64,000 nt of DNA from a virus, in the IMG/VR virus record IMGVR_UViG_3300028412_000004, positions 32,001 through 96,000 of that record; one strand, given 5' to 3'. The translations under genes and the position numbers were made by a program. The notes under the pieces are model-generated. The model did not search any database and had not been told where the DNA came from. It saw only the letters and a list, made by a program, of their open reading frames with translations. Of this stretch, positions 36,387 to 46,780 are shown one piece after another. The number at the start of each line of letters is the position of its first letter. Position 1 is the stretch's first letter.

Positions 36387-38468
36387 ATGAGCATCGCAAA
36401 TTACGTAAGACCTCAGCTGACCATTAAGCAGCTTTTAGACCGCACTCCGGACACTGTAGGGGATCACTTGAACACCCTTTTAATTGGGGCTGAGTACTTC
36501 CTTAACATTTACGACGAGCTGGACATTCCTGGAGTGACTTTTGCAGCTGAGTCGGCAAGTCAAACTTTGGATTTTACATATTTCGACGAGCTTAAAACCA
36601 CTCAAGAGTTGGATCACGGCGACTACACAGTCGACGAGGATTCTATCAGAGTGTTTGCAGAAGACTTGGAGGCTGTCGTAGCCACGTTCCTAGCGGACGG
36701 CACGACCGCAGGTAACCAATTCACAGTTCCCGGAGACTTATCTGTTCTTAATTTGACAGAAGTTGGCGCAGGCGATGTCGCTCCTTATGTGCGTGGGGCC
36801 TCTCTGGCCGGAGAGCTTGACGGACGCAATGTCTCTCTCGGAGACAGCGTGCGTATCACAGACGCTGATGGTGTTAAGCGTGTACGTACAGTTGTAGGAT
36901 TCGCATCCGCGACGGTCGACGCGCAGGAACTCAATCAGATCATATTAAGCGGTCCAGCGGTCGGCGCGGGACACCTGCCTGCTGACAAAGTACTTGTTGA
37001 TATCTTCCTTAAGTGGAGCGGCGAACTTACAGACTTCTCCCTCGAAGATCCAATCACAGGGGGTGTCACACTTGCCTCCGGACAATCTCTAAATGTTGTC
37101 GACAAAACAACTACTACAGTAGTTTTCTCGGACAACGTTGGTAAGGTTTACCTAAGCTATCGTGCTCTCGAAGAGCCCGCCTCCGGTGAAGGAATCCTTG
37201 AAATAAAATCAGTTACAGACATCTTCAATCAACTAGGGAGAATTTCCCTTTACAACGATCTGGCCTTTGCAGCCAATGAGGCTCTCAACGGCTCGCAAGG
37301 CAAACCTATCAAAGTACTTAAAGTAGCCTCCGATGACCTTGATGGCTTTCTTGAAGTTCTTCCGAAGATCGAAACCACGGATATGGTTTATGCCATTGCA
37401 GCTATCACGACCAATACGGACGCGATCGAAGCAGTTGTAAATCACGCAGAGGTAATGTCCAGTGAGGTTAACAAGAAGTTCCGCCGAGTTTACTTCGGCA
37501 CTGACAGTCCTGGTGATTACCTTAAAGCTACGAAGGACACCAGCGGATCCCCGATTCTAGTAACTATCGGAGCAGCTGGAGGTTCCGGGATTATAACACA
37601 GGTGACCACCACCAGCGCGGGAATCAACTTCCTCTCGCTTGGGTTAGTTGATGGAGACTTCCTTATGGTAGGCGGGACCAAGCATATCGTTGAGGAAGTT
37701 ATCGACGCTACCACACTGCTGCTTAAGACAGCCACAGCGGCTGTAACCGACGTGAGTGCGGAGATCTGGAAGGCTGACACCCCTAGGAGTCAAATTGAAT
37801 ACGTAGCGGATATTTCAAAAGGTATCGCCAGCCGGCGCGCCGCTAACATATGGACCGAGGGCGGCACACGCATACTCGGCGGAGAGACTACCTCCATACC
37901 TAACAGGTTCCTCGCCGCTGAGATTGCCGGACTTCGCTCCGCGCTGTTGCCGCAACAAGGCCTCACACGCACAGAAATCACCGCGATCACCGATGCCCCG
38001 GACATGTATATCCGTTACACCCCTACCATGCTCGACGATCTCGCTGCAGAGGGTGTGTTCATCGTAACGCAGGAAGTAGAGAACGGTGACGTATTCATCA
38101 GACACCAGCTCACCACTGACGTATCCAGTGGAAGCCTCTACTACGAGGACAGCGTCGGAACAAACATCGACAACATCTCCTATATCATTAAGGACACCCT
38201 TGATGGCTACATCGGAAGACGCAACGTCAACAGGGCGACTTTAGTCGAGATTCGTGGCAATATGTATGAGATACTTAAGAGTCAGACTCTTGCAGATGCA
38301 GGCTTCGACAGGTCAATCGGTCCAGCCCTTATAGGCTTTGACAATCTTGTGGTAGAAGCTGACGACGTTCTTAAGGACCGTATTAAGGTCTTTGCACGCG
38401 GGCTTATACCACTTCCACTCAACAACATCGCGGCGGCCCTTCAAGGTGCTGTAGATGTGAACATTTAA
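36387..38468 (+). CDS. contractile tail sheath protein
   Basis: 693 aa; sheath-like C-terminus (FIRHQLTT..EDSV..NIDNISY..DGYIG); followed by a tube-sized gene. Confidence 0.8.
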   Translation: MSIANYVRPQLTIKQLLDRTPDTVGDHLNTLLIGAEYFLNIYDELDIPGVTFAAESASQTLDFTYFDELKTTQELDHGDYTVDEDSIRVFAEDLEAVVATFLADGTTAGNQFTVPGDLSVLNLTEVGAGDVAPYVRGASLAGELDGRNVSLGDSVRITDADGVKRVRTVVGFASATVDAQELNQIILSGPAVGAGHLPADKVLVDIFLKWSGELTDFSLEDPITGGVTLASGQSLNVVDKTTTTVVFSDNVGKVYLSYRALEEPASGEGILEIKSVTDIFNQLGRISLYNDLAFAANEALNGSQGKPIKVLKVASDDLDGFLEVLPKIETTDMVYAIAAITTNTDAIEAVVNHAEVMSSEVNKKFRRVYFGTDSPGDYLKATKDTSGSPILVTIGAAGGSGIITQVTTTSAGINFLSLGLVDGDFLMVGGTKHIVEEVIDATTLLLKTATAAVTDVSAEIWKADTPRSQIEYVADISKGIASRRAANIWTEGGTRILGGETTSIPNRFLAAEIAGLRSALLPQQGLTRTEITAITDAPDMYIRYTPTMLDDLAAEGVFIVTQEVENGDVFIRHQLTTDVSSGSLYYEDSVGTNIDNISYIIKDTLDGYIGRRNVNRATLVEIRGNMYEILKSQTLADAGFDRSIGPALIGFDNLVVEADDVLKDRIKVFARGLIPLPLNNIAAALQGAVDVNI

Positions 38469-38488
38469 CAACTAGAGGATAAAACACT

Positions 38489-38935
38489 ATGACAAAAAAT
38501 ATATACGGATACGAGAGAACTGAAAAATCGGACCCTGGTCAGATTGTTAGCTCTGACCACGCTCTTATCGACGTCGGAGGGGTTGTAGGCCTTGTGCAAA
38601 GCGTCACCGGCAACTACTCGCACAGAGTTGAACCTAAGTTCGAAGCCGGATCCCCCAACCTCTATTGGGTAACGGGGCAAGCCAGCGGAACTATCGAGAT
38701 AGGACGACTCCTCGGCGCAGGAAATTTCGAAGGCGGCCTGAGTCTAGGAGACGGGTGTGGTGTAATCTCCCCCATAACCATATCTATGGACGGCGGTTCC
38801 TGTGTGAAAGCTGGTGAATCGCAGACGATCGTATTCAGTGGAGCTGTCGTACAGTCTTACACGCTCGCCTTCAGTGTGGGTAATCTAGAAGTTACAGAAG
38901 GTTTGCGCATCATGATCGCCGAACTCGCGAGATAA
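38489..38935 (+). CDS. tail tube protein
   Basis: 148 aa after the sheath; beta-strand pattern GLVQSVTGNYS..GTIEIGRL. Confidence 0.75.
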   Translation: MTKNIYGYERTEKSDPGQIVSSDHALIDVGGVVGLVQSVTGNYSHRVEPKFEAGSPNLYWVTGQASGTIEIGRLLGAGNFEGGLSLGDGCGVISPITISMDGGSCVKAGESQTIVFSGAVVQSYTLAFSVGNLEVTEGLRIMIAELAR

Positions 38936-38967
38936 AAAGACGTCCCTGAGTTAGGACTTGCATCATC

Positions 38968-39003
38968 GCAGCGCTACGGATTATCGTAGCGCTGCATTTG
39001 TTT
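38968..39003 (+). terminator. hairpin terminator after the tube gene
   Basis: Perfect 11-bp stem 38968-38978/38985-38995 followed by ATTTGTTT. Confidence 0.7.
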
Positions 39004-39013
39004 ACGCACACAT

Positions 39014-41500
39014 ATGAGTAGAACGTTCAAAAAAAAGACAGATCCAGAATCCGCGGAGACGCAGGGAGCTGAGATACGTGGGGAAGAAGCCTCTGAGCAG
39101 TTGAAGATGAACAGCCTGTACCGGGGTGTGGTGCAGGGTGTCGATCCTATCAACCTCAGCTACACCGTCAAGGTGGACGACAGAGACTCTGTTGTAGATA
39201 ATTGTATGTGGGCGGCCGGCATCTTCTCGCATATGTTTGGGATGCAGACTTCCTTTATCCCTACGGTAGGTACAGGCGTGATAATCCTCTACGGGGATGA
39301 GTCTATGATCATAGGAAGTTACCCGACAACCCCAGCGGACTTAAATTCCAGCAGCTTCAAAACACACACAGGTACCGGTAAGCTAAAGAAAGACATAAGT
39401 GCTTACACCAAGGATTTTGTGAATAAAGGGTCCCGCGCAGCGCCAGGGGCGACTATTCCCGGTGACATGCTAGAGGGCGAGTTTGATATAGGACATACCA
39501 CAGGGTGTGGTATAGCCTTCCTGACCAACTTGGTTAAGATGCGGGCCAGCGACCGCGCTAAGGTTGAAACACATCTCCTGAACGACATGGTGCGTATTGT
39601 GAGCGAGACCTACAGGCACCACTCCAGTTTCGGAGACTTTGAGGTTTACAATGACGGGAGGCTTAATTGCCGCGTCAACGGTACAAGCTATGAACACGAA
39701 GCCTGGGGCAGGCTTGAGCCCTCTGATGCGAAGGTGAAGACAAAGCAAGAATACGCTGATTTGAAAGATATCGACCGTATTAAAGAAACGGGTAGGTGGC
39801 GGTTCAGCAACTACCTAGGCTTCTTGGGAGACTTCTTACACCAGATCATTACAGACCCCACAGTAGTCATCGGAAAATACGCTACCGAAGCTGCGAGGTC
39901 AGGTAAGTCCCGCATGCAATTCATGAACGACGGTTCTATACTAGCGCAGTCTGTTGGAGATATCGTCTTGGAAAGAGTTACTCGCATTGTCGCTCCAATT
40001 GAAAAGAATCGCAGCGACGACCCCGCAGGAAACACCTACGAAGATTTCGAGAAGTTGGAGTCTAAATATCTAAAGATCTGGGAATACGGAGCAGATTTAG
40101 AAGACATGTCTAAGACCTGTTACCAGCTGCGGGAATACGCCAGATACCTTTCTGGATTCCATGCGTATGCCAGGTTCCTTCAACTTGACAAAGATTGGGA
40201 CGTTCCCACAGAGGCCGAGTCCCCTATACCGGAGTGGTCTTCTAAGGAGAAAGACCGGGAAGCTGTGCACACGGGTCCTAACAACATTGATGTTTACTCA
40301 AGTATTCGAATCATGCGGGACGGCTCTCAAGTATTTATGGATGGTTACGGTTCCGCTGTGGTGATGTCGCGTGGTATTATACAGATATCAGCCTCCAAGC
40401 ACATCGAACTGGAGGCGCCCGGTAATATCAACATAAGAGCCGGCCAAGACGTCAATATCACTGCACGTAGGAATATCGACATCGTCTCAGTTGTAGGAGG
40501 TGTTATAATCAAATCTAGAACATGGCTTAAAGGACTTTGTGAGTGGGGCTCTATATGGCTTAAATCAGACGCTGACACAAAGACTGGTGCCACGCCGCCA
40601 GAACTAGGCGACGCAACTCAAGACCCTGCACCAGAGATACTAACACACGGTATTGTGTTGGACGCTCCCAATAGTGGTATCCTTTGCGAGACAGACCACC
40701 AGGTCATGTTTAACCTCAGAGGTTATGAGGAGGCAGAGAAAGGTGCGTTCATCGTAAAGAATGCTGGGGGTGATGTTATGGTGGACGCGCGTAAGGATGT
40801 GGTTGTCAAAACACTGGGCGATATAAAAACAAAGTCTAATAATTTCAACGTGATCTCACGGAAAACTAATATTGGCGCGAACCAGTTCAACGTGGTCGGT
40901 AGGGAAGGTGTTCCTTTTCTCCATGTAAGGAGCGGACTTACGGAGATGCAACGCGTGCGTGCGGAGTCTGTAGATGCTACGCACTACCTATACGGACCCG
41001 AGTTTAAATACAATCACTACAGCTCCTTTGGTAATGCTTCGGAGAGTCCTGGAAACATGGTTTTCACCACACCAGGACAGGAAGTATTCGAGTCTGTGGA
41101 TGTGGCGGATTTCGTAGCGTGGGAGGGCGAGGACGTTGATCTGGAGGTCCCAGAGCAAGAATCTGGTTGGAAGCTTCGCGAGGCCGCGGACTACCGATGG
41201 GACGTAGACTACGAATTCTTCGAGTCCCTCGCTCAGCAGACCATCAGACAGCTAAACCCAGCCGACGAGCATTACTTAGATCCGGATGCCTACGGGGACT
41301 GGAATGTAGGCGGCATGGTATTAAAAGCTGGACTCAGAACGGAAATAAGCACTCCATGGCCCGGAGAATCAGCACAGCATTTCACACACACTGCCGGGGA
41401 TGCTTTGTATAAGCCGCTGGAGAAGCATTACAAAAACCTATCCAATAAACCAACGCCACTCCAACAACAATCCGCATCATGGAAATACCTAAAGAAGTAG
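39014..41500 (+). CDS. baseplate central spike (gp5/VgrG-like)
   Basis: N-terminal OB-fold-like YRGVVQGVDP..P.VGT.V; beta-helix-like IELEAPGNINIRAGQDVNITA. Confidence 0.6.
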   Translation: MSRTFKKKTDPESAETQGAEIRGEEASEQLKMNSLYRGVVQGVDPINLSYTVKVDDRDSVVDNCMWAAGIFSHMFGMQTSFIPTVGTGVIILYGDESMIIGSYPTTPADLNSSSFKTHTGTGKLKKDISAYTKDFVNKGSRAAPGATIPGDMLEGEFDIGHTTGCGIAFLTNLVKMRASDRAKVETHLLNDMVRIVSETYRHHSSFGDFEVYNDGRLNCRVNGTSYEHEAWGRLEPSDAKVKTKQEYADLKDIDRIKETGRWRFSNYLGFLGDFLHQIITDPTVVIGKYATEAARSGKSRMQFMNDGSILAQSVGDIVLERVTRIVAPIEKNRSDDPAGNTYEDFEKLESKYLKIWEYGADLEDMSKTCYQLREYARYLSGFHAYARFLQLDKDWDVPTEAESPIPEWSSKEKDREAVHTGPNNIDVYSSIRIMRDGSQVFMDGYGSAVVMSRGIIQISASKHIELEAPGNINIRAGQDVNITARRNIDIVSVVGGVIIKSRTWLKGLCEWGSIWLKSDADTKTGATPPELGDATQDPAPEILTHGIVLDAPNSGILCETDHQVMFNLRGYEEAEKGAFIVKNAGGDVMVDARKDVVVKTLGDIKTKSNNFNVISRKTNIGANQFNVVGREGVPFLHVRSGLTEMQRVRAESVDATHYLYGPEFKYNHYSSFGNASESPGNMVFTTPGQEVFESVDVADFVAWEGEDVDLEVPEQESGWKLREAADYRWDVDYEFFESLAQQTIRQLNPADEHYLDPDAYGDWNVGGMVLKAGLRTEISTPWPGESAQHFTHTAGDALYKPLEKHYKNLSNKPTPLQQQSASWKYLKK

Positions 41501-42201
41501 CACCACAACCCAGCCCAGACCCTGAGGCTGTTAAACAGTTCATTAAGGACAACTCCAATAAAAAGGAGGCCCGCGAAGTGAAGCTGGATCTAGATCCTGC
41601 AGATTTAGCTCCTGCGAGTAAACACACGCCTAAGAAACAGGTGGACACTCCACTAGACCCGACTTTCACCAGCGACACTCCGAATGCGAACTCCCAAGAC
41701 CCTTGGGTATTCACCTCCCCGGACGAGGCTTCTGTGAGTGTGGAGCAGGAAGAGAAGGACATATTCTTTAAAGCTGTACTTAACGACGATCCTGTAGTTA
41801 TGGATATTAAGGTTTCTTTAGGGCCGAATCCTATACCCGTACGCTGCAGATCACTCAGTAACTTTGAGATAGACGTGATCTACGCTGCGATCGACAAGGA
41901 TCGTTCAGCGGGTAATATAGTTAGCACTGCGCAGTTTATGACTATGCTGCAGCGCTACTCTATCATGTTACAGGTGTCTTCTTTTAACACGAAGTCTTTG
42001 AATGCAGTTTCAGTCACAGGTCTCGAAATCCCTGAAGCTGTAGAGGAGTTGCAAAGTAAGTATAATGCTTTAGTGCAGGGGGTCGATCAAGCGCGCTGGC
42101 AAGTCATACTGACAGCCCTGCGGCTTTTTTCCATCAAGCTTAAGATCTGCAACGATAATATCCTTAATGAAAATTTTTGGTGTCCCGCAGATACCGATTA
42201 A
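41479..42201 (+). CDS. tail assembly chaperone (short form)
   Basis: Position before the tape measure; slippery site at the 3' end. Confidence 0.65.
   Translation: MEIPKEVAPQPSPDPEAVKQFIKDNSNKKEAREVKLDLDPADLAPASKHTPKKQVDTPLDPTFTSDTPNANSQDPWVFTSPDEASVSVEQEEKDIFFKAVLNDDPVVMDIKVSLGPNPIPVRCRSLSNFEIDVIYAAIDKDRSAGNIVSTAQFMTMLQRYSIMLQVSSFNTKSLNAVSVTGLEIPEAVEELQSKYNALVQGVDQARWQVILTALRLFSIKLKICNDNILNENFWCPADTD
42171..42177 (+). other. programmed -1 ribosomal frameshift site A AAT TTT
   Basis: X XXY YYZ heptamer in the zero frame of the chaperone; the -1 frame opens just after a TGA at 42168 and continues as ORF 42177..42533. Confidence 0.75.
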
Positions 42202-42533
42202 TGCTTCTGGCATATCTGCGGGGCTTATTACGCCCAGACTATAAACAAGGCATGCGGTCTAAGGTTAGGGAGGAAGTAATCCTCGCAGCCTTAGATAAAG
42301 AACAGCGCGCTAAATACAGCGCGGACCTTATAGCGTTGGAAGGCTCAATTTTGTCCAGTCTAAAGCCTGAGGCTACGCGCACGCATTACAGAAAATTGAA
42401 TGAAGCGGTCTTACAAGTCGCGAACTTGAGAGAGTTCCTAGAGGCTGAAAACGATAATGTGAGCAACCTTAGCAGCATTGACGCTTCAGTAAAACTATAC
42501 CATGCTTTAGAAAAAGCAGGAATTTTAAGCTGA
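42177..42533 (+). CDS. tail assembly chaperone, frameshift extension
   Basis: -1 frame relative to 41479..42201; ends 1 nt before the tape measure. Confidence 0.65.
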   Translation: MVSRRYRLMLLAYLRGLLRPDYKQGMRSKVREEVILAALDKEQRAKYSADLIALEGSILSSLKPEATRTHYRKLNEAVLQVANLREFLEAENDNVSNLSSIDASVKLYHALEKAGILS

Positions 42534-42534
42534 T

Positions 42535-45500
42535 ATGGCCGCACCAACACAGGAAAATTTTAAATACGCGCAAGACGCCAACGGGCCTCAAGCGGGTGGG
42601 TATAACCCTACCCAGGTTGAGATGCTCCATCAGGCTCTGCAAGACAACATAAACCGCGACAAGCGTAACTTCTGGTTACAACAAGACCAGCGCTCGCAGT
42701 TCCTCTCAGCTATGGTGCTTAAGAACACCCACGGAGATACTGCCGCAGAAGCTTTTAACAGCGGAGAGGGTAGAGCTCTTCGCACCACGATAGGCATGGT
42801 TATGAATAGCCCTATGCTTGCCGGGTTCAATGGAGGTAACATGCTGGACCTCTACAACGGGGTGAATACCGGTATGCTTAACTCGGGAATGTCCTTCGCC
42901 TCGATCGACGGCGCCGGCGCCTACTCCTACGGAGGTACTGGCTACATGCAGGACACAGTCGCTAAAAAAATTACACAGGAAATGCAACGTGAGTTTTTTA
43001 CAGCTACTGGAGGCAGCCGCCTGGGGCGCACCTCAGGCATGGACCGTACAGAGTTAGGGCAGATTTCAGCTTACATAGGTATGCGCGGAGGCTTCAGCGG
43101 CCTGGATAGTGTCGGAGATGTGCGAAACTTTTCTAACAGGAAAGAGATAGAGGCCGAGATGAAAAGCTTAAAAGAATCCGGCGGAGCGGACTCAACCTAC
43201 ATGAAAGAGTTGGAGAGCTTAGCCGGCTTAGAGCAAGACTTAGGCGGTACAGCATTCAAGCTCAACGACGCAGTTGTTAAAAAGTTTACCGCTAAAATTA
43301 GGGAAGGCACTAAAGCTTTGAGTGCTGTAAAGGACATCCTCGGAGAACGTGGTATCGGTGAGTTGGCCGACGTTGCGGAGAGTCTCACAGGCCTTAGCAT
43401 CACCAACGTAGAGAATTCCAGAACCATCACAGAACGATTCCGGCGTATAAAACAGTTTTCTCAGGCTAATGGATTAAATGCCGAAGCCGTGGTGGGTCGG
43501 CAAATACAGGTTGGTGTAGGGCTCCAACAGCTAGGGCTTTCACAGCAAGCTTCGAGAGTCCTTAGCGAAGACGTAGACACAAATTCTCAGGCGGCGTTCA
43601 ATGCCAACAGAGCTGCTAGAAACAACTTAATCGGTCAAGGCCTTTACGTCCCGGAAACCACGCTAGCTGAAACAACTGCCATCAACCAGATGGATGTAGG
43701 TGCCATGCTTAAATCGGAGCCGCGTCTGGCGGCTTTGGCTTATAATATTGAAAACAACGCATTGATGTCCGCGGAGCAAAAGACCAATGCTTACGGAAAC
43801 TTAGCAAATATAAGCAGCCGGATATCTCCAGATCTTTCTGGCGCTTCGCAGAAAGAAGCTCTTACGAAAGAAATCAAGGCTATGGACGAGGCTAACGTCG
43901 CAGCAGGTGCTACATCTATAATGGACGCCTTTGCATCAGCAGGCGGCGATCCTTCGGCAGTTATACGCCGGGTGCAGGGGAGAGAATCGGCCAGCGCTAT
44001 GGGGGCCGCAGCCTATGGGATCTCGCAGCGAAGGTTATTAGGCAACAACTTAGATGAAGCTTTACGTAACCGCGCTGTAGGTACACGTCTTCAGAAAGCG
44101 GGTATTCTGGACGAAGAGGCGCCCGCATCGGAGCTGTATCAGACACTTGCGGATTTCAGGACAGACACGCCGAGTGACGTCAGGCAGACCCCGATTAACC
44201 GCATGATGCGCGCATTACGTGGAGATTCTCCTGAGGCTGCTCTCAACAAAGTTATCAACGAATCGGACGTTAGCGCTGCGAGTAAGGTAGGGCTTAAAGA
44301 ATATCTGAGTAGTGTTGAGGGTGTGAGTATGGGTGAGAATGGTGACCTCGTCCTCTCTGGAGACGGTCCTGCAAACACATTGAAGGCTATCGAGGATGGT
44401 CTAGGGGAAAGGGGCATAGGCAGCAGCGTAGAATCCACCGAGAGGTTGGCCAAGTCTATGATGCAATTCGACTCGGCAACTTCCGTCAACCGCATGATGC
44501 GCGCATTACGTGGAGATTCTCCTGAGGCTGCTCTCAACAAAGTTATCAACGAAGCAGACGTCAGTGATGCTACTAAAGCAAGGTTCAAAGAATCTCTGCA
44601 TAGTGTTGTTGGTGTGAGTATGGGCGCGGACGGTGACCTGTCTGTAGTCGGCGAAGGTGCTAAAAACGCGTTGTATGCTATCAACGAGATCGCAATGACA
44701 CGCGAGGGTAACCCCATGCTTAATAATTTCTTAGGTGAGGAGACTAAGAACAAAAACGCACGCGCGCTCATATACAATTCTCTGAAATCTGGGTCAAGTA
44801 ATTATGGGAAGACGGGCTTCCTGGAAGCTATATCAGAGGGTTTGTTAAAGGGTACGGACATTACCGCAGGGATGGCTATGGAGCATGCTGTGTTAACAGG
44901 TAAAGCCGACAGCTTTGTAAATATAGGAAACACCGGGGAAGATGGTTTATTCACCGACCTTGATGAGTCTCAAATGGACAGACTGGCCAAGATGTCTGGC
45001 ATGGGTCTGAGTGATTTCAAGGAGAAGATAAAAACAGACCCAGGGCAGGCCGAGGTTATAACTAGCATGGAAAGTCGAGGGTCTCACCTTGTAGCGGATA
45101 AGTTGGGCGATGTTTACGCCGCAGCCTATGGGGATGAGACGCTCGCCGAGAGTGATCAGGCTCTACGCTCCGCAGCAAAGCTTAAGTCCTATCAGGAGGT
45201 TTCCGGAAAAGATACCGCCTACGATTGGGAGGGTGACGACCTGTCGGAGAAAGGGATGGCACAGCACGGGGCTGATATGAAGGCCAAAGCAGAAAATTTT
45301 GCTGAGCGTAGTGAAGATCTCGTTAAAGGGTCCTATAAAGCTTTGATTGATGGGAACGACGGGTGGGGCTGGTCCAAGGGTAACGCGAGAGATCTTAAAG
45401 AGCTTCAGAGCCTGTCTCCCGACACACGGAACAGTATGATAGATCTACGCATGGACGTAGCCCGCGAAAAAGGAGATGACGAGCGTGTGGCAGATCTGCA

Positions 45501-45594
45501 AAAACTAAAACAACAGATGTCTACGGACGGTAACGAAGTCTCGCTTTTAACGCAGATACGTGATGTATTGCAACGCATGGAGAATGACAACTAA
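42535..45594 (+). CDS. tape measure protein
   Basis: 1019 aa, helical Ala/Gly/Leu-rich, follows the chaperone pair. Confidence 0.75.
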   Translation: MAAPTQENFKYAQDANGPQAGGYNPTQVEMLHQALQDNINRDKRNFWLQQDQRSQFLSAMVLKNTHGDTAAEAFNSGEGRALRTTIGMVMNSPMLAGFNGGNMLDLYNGVNTGMLNSGMSFASIDGAGAYSYGGTGYMQDTVAKKITQEMQREFFTATGGSRLGRTSGMDRTELGQISAYIGMRGGFSGLDSVGDVRNFSNRKEIEAEMKSLKESGGADSTYMKELESLAGLEQDLGGTAFKLNDAVVKKFTAKIREGTKALSAVKDILGERGIGELADVAESLTGLSITNVENSRTITERFRRIKQFSQANGLNAEAVVGRQIQVGVGLQQLGLSQQASRVLSEDVDTNSQAAFNANRAARNNLIGQGLYVPETTLAETTAINQMDVGAMLKSEPRLAALAYNIENNALMSAEQKTNAYGNLANISSRISPDLSGASQKEALTKEIKAMDEANVAAGATSIMDAFASAGGDPSAVIRRVQGRESASAMGAAAYGISQRRLLGNNLDEALRNRAVGTRLQKAGILDEEAPASELYQTLADFRTDTPSDVRQTPINRMMRALRGDSPEAALNKVINESDVSAASKVGLKEYLSSVEGVSMGENGDLVLSGDGPANTLKAIEDGLGERGIGSSVESTERLAKSMMQFDSATSVNRMMRALRGDSPEAALNKVINEADVSDATKARFKESLHSVVGVSMGADGDLSVVGEGAKNALYAINEIAMTREGNPMLNNFLGEETKNKNARALIYNSLKSGSSNYGKTGFLEAISEGLLKGTDITAGMAMEHAVLTGKADSFVNIGNTGEDGLFTDLDESQMDRLAKMSGMGLSDFKEKIKTDPGQAEVITSMESRGSHLVADKLGDVYAAAYGDETLAESDQALRSAAKLKSYQEVSGKDTAYDWEGDDLSEKGMAQHGADMKAKAENFAERSEDLVKGSYKALIDGNDGWGWSKGNARDLKELQSLSPDTRNSMIDLRMDVAREKGDDERVADLQKLKQQMSTDGNEVSLLTQIRDVLQRMENDN
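44197..44778 (+). repeat. internal tandem duplication of about 291 nt (97 aa) in the tape measure
   Basis: NRMMRALRGDSPEAALNKVINE is encoded identically at 44197 and 44488. Confidence 0.9.
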
Positions 45595-45596
45595 TT

Positions 45597-46043
45597 ATGA
45601 GCGACACACTATGGCCATCCCGCGGGTGCGTTTACAAAGTTGGAGAAGGTTCCAGCGGTCTGTATAAGTTGGGGTCGCTTGGCACCTCGCAAACTAAAAA
45701 CCCCATACTGTTGCGCGCCGTTAATTTATCGGACTCAGACGTTATAGGACCAGTGACTACTATAAACGCAGATTTTAAAGTTCTCTACGTATTCGGAGAG
45801 GCTTTCGGTAACGCCAGTATACAGGGTGAGGTACTGCTTGGTAAAACAGACGCATCCGAAGACAGGCTCGCAGAGTTAATCGGATGGTTTAATAAAAACC
45901 GTGTGAGCGTGCTGAAAAGGCCTGTATCATTATCTGTGAAAAACGAAGGTTACTCCTTATACGTCCACGGACTTGTAATAGGAGACACAGACCCGGAGCT
46001 GAATATACAGCGTTTCGCTATTAACGGATTAGTAACAAGGTGA
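45597..46043 (+). CDS. baseplate tube-like/initiator protein
   Basis: 148 aa, tube-like strand pattern, directly after the tape measure. Confidence 0.5.
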   Translation: MSDTLWPSRGCVYKVGEGSSGLYKLGSLGTSQTKNPILLRAVNLSDSDVIGPVTTINADFKVLYVFGEAFGNASIQGEVLLGKTDASEDRLAELIGWFNKNRVSVLKRPVSLSVKNEGYSLYVHGLVIGDTDPELNIQRFAINGLVTR

Positions 46044-46047
46044 CATT

Positions 46048-46770
46048 ATGTTAAACGAAATAGTTCATAGACTCACTAACAAGGCATCAGCCTTCGTAGC
46101 AGGATTTCCAAAACAGTCTCTATTCCGACCCAGCATTGCTGATGAGTTTGAGACGGACATCAGAGACGCGTTGCGCGTAAACGACGATGACTACTACCTG
46201 CGCAGCTATATACAACTCCTGCACGCTTACCCAGATCTCTTAACAGCCCTGGGGGAGCGTCAAAGAACCTTCGATCCTGGGAGAGGTGCGTCGGCAGAAG
46301 GATCGATCAGCGGGGCTACACTGGTTGCTCAAGGTGATACAGAGCCTAAACTTTACAGAAAGTATAGCGAGTGGCCTGTAGTATTTTCGATAACTTACAG
46401 CTACCTAAGCGCCGAATTACTGCAAACAGATTACTACGACGCGAAGGTGCCTTATACGATTGATGCTGGTGGTAACCTGGAGGTGCAGTGGCCCACCTGG
46501 AGCGGAGTCCGGGGCGGTGTTGTTGCTATGACAGTTGGGCCTGGTATAAATCCTGGAGCGTCTTTCACCATTACACAGAACCCTGCTGAGTTCCCTAGCG
46601 AAAAACTGGTGTCCGAGCTGCTTCTGAAAAGAAACCTTGTAGTAGTTCTACGTAAGGCAGGGCTGCTGAACCACTTCCACCTTGCAGAGACTGATGATGA
46701 GCGTATAGCTGTCGTAGTGACCGCCCTATGTATCTACAATAAATTAGAATACAGGTCTTTAACAACTTAG
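46048..46770 (+). CDS. hypothetical baseplate-region protein
   Basis: Position only. Confidence 0.55.
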   Translation: MLNEIVHRLTNKASAFVAGFPKQSLFRPSIADEFETDIRDALRVNDDDYYLRSYIQLLHAYPDLLTALGERQRTFDPGRGASAEGSISGATLVAQGDTEPKLYRKYSEWPVVFSITYSYLSAELLQTDYYDAKVPYTIDAGGNLEVQWPTWSGVRGGVVAMTVGPGINPGASFTITQNPAEFPSEKLVSELLLKRNLVVVLRKAGLLNHFHLAETDDERIAVVVTALCIYNKLEYRSLTT

Positions 46771-46780
46771 AATCTAAGCA

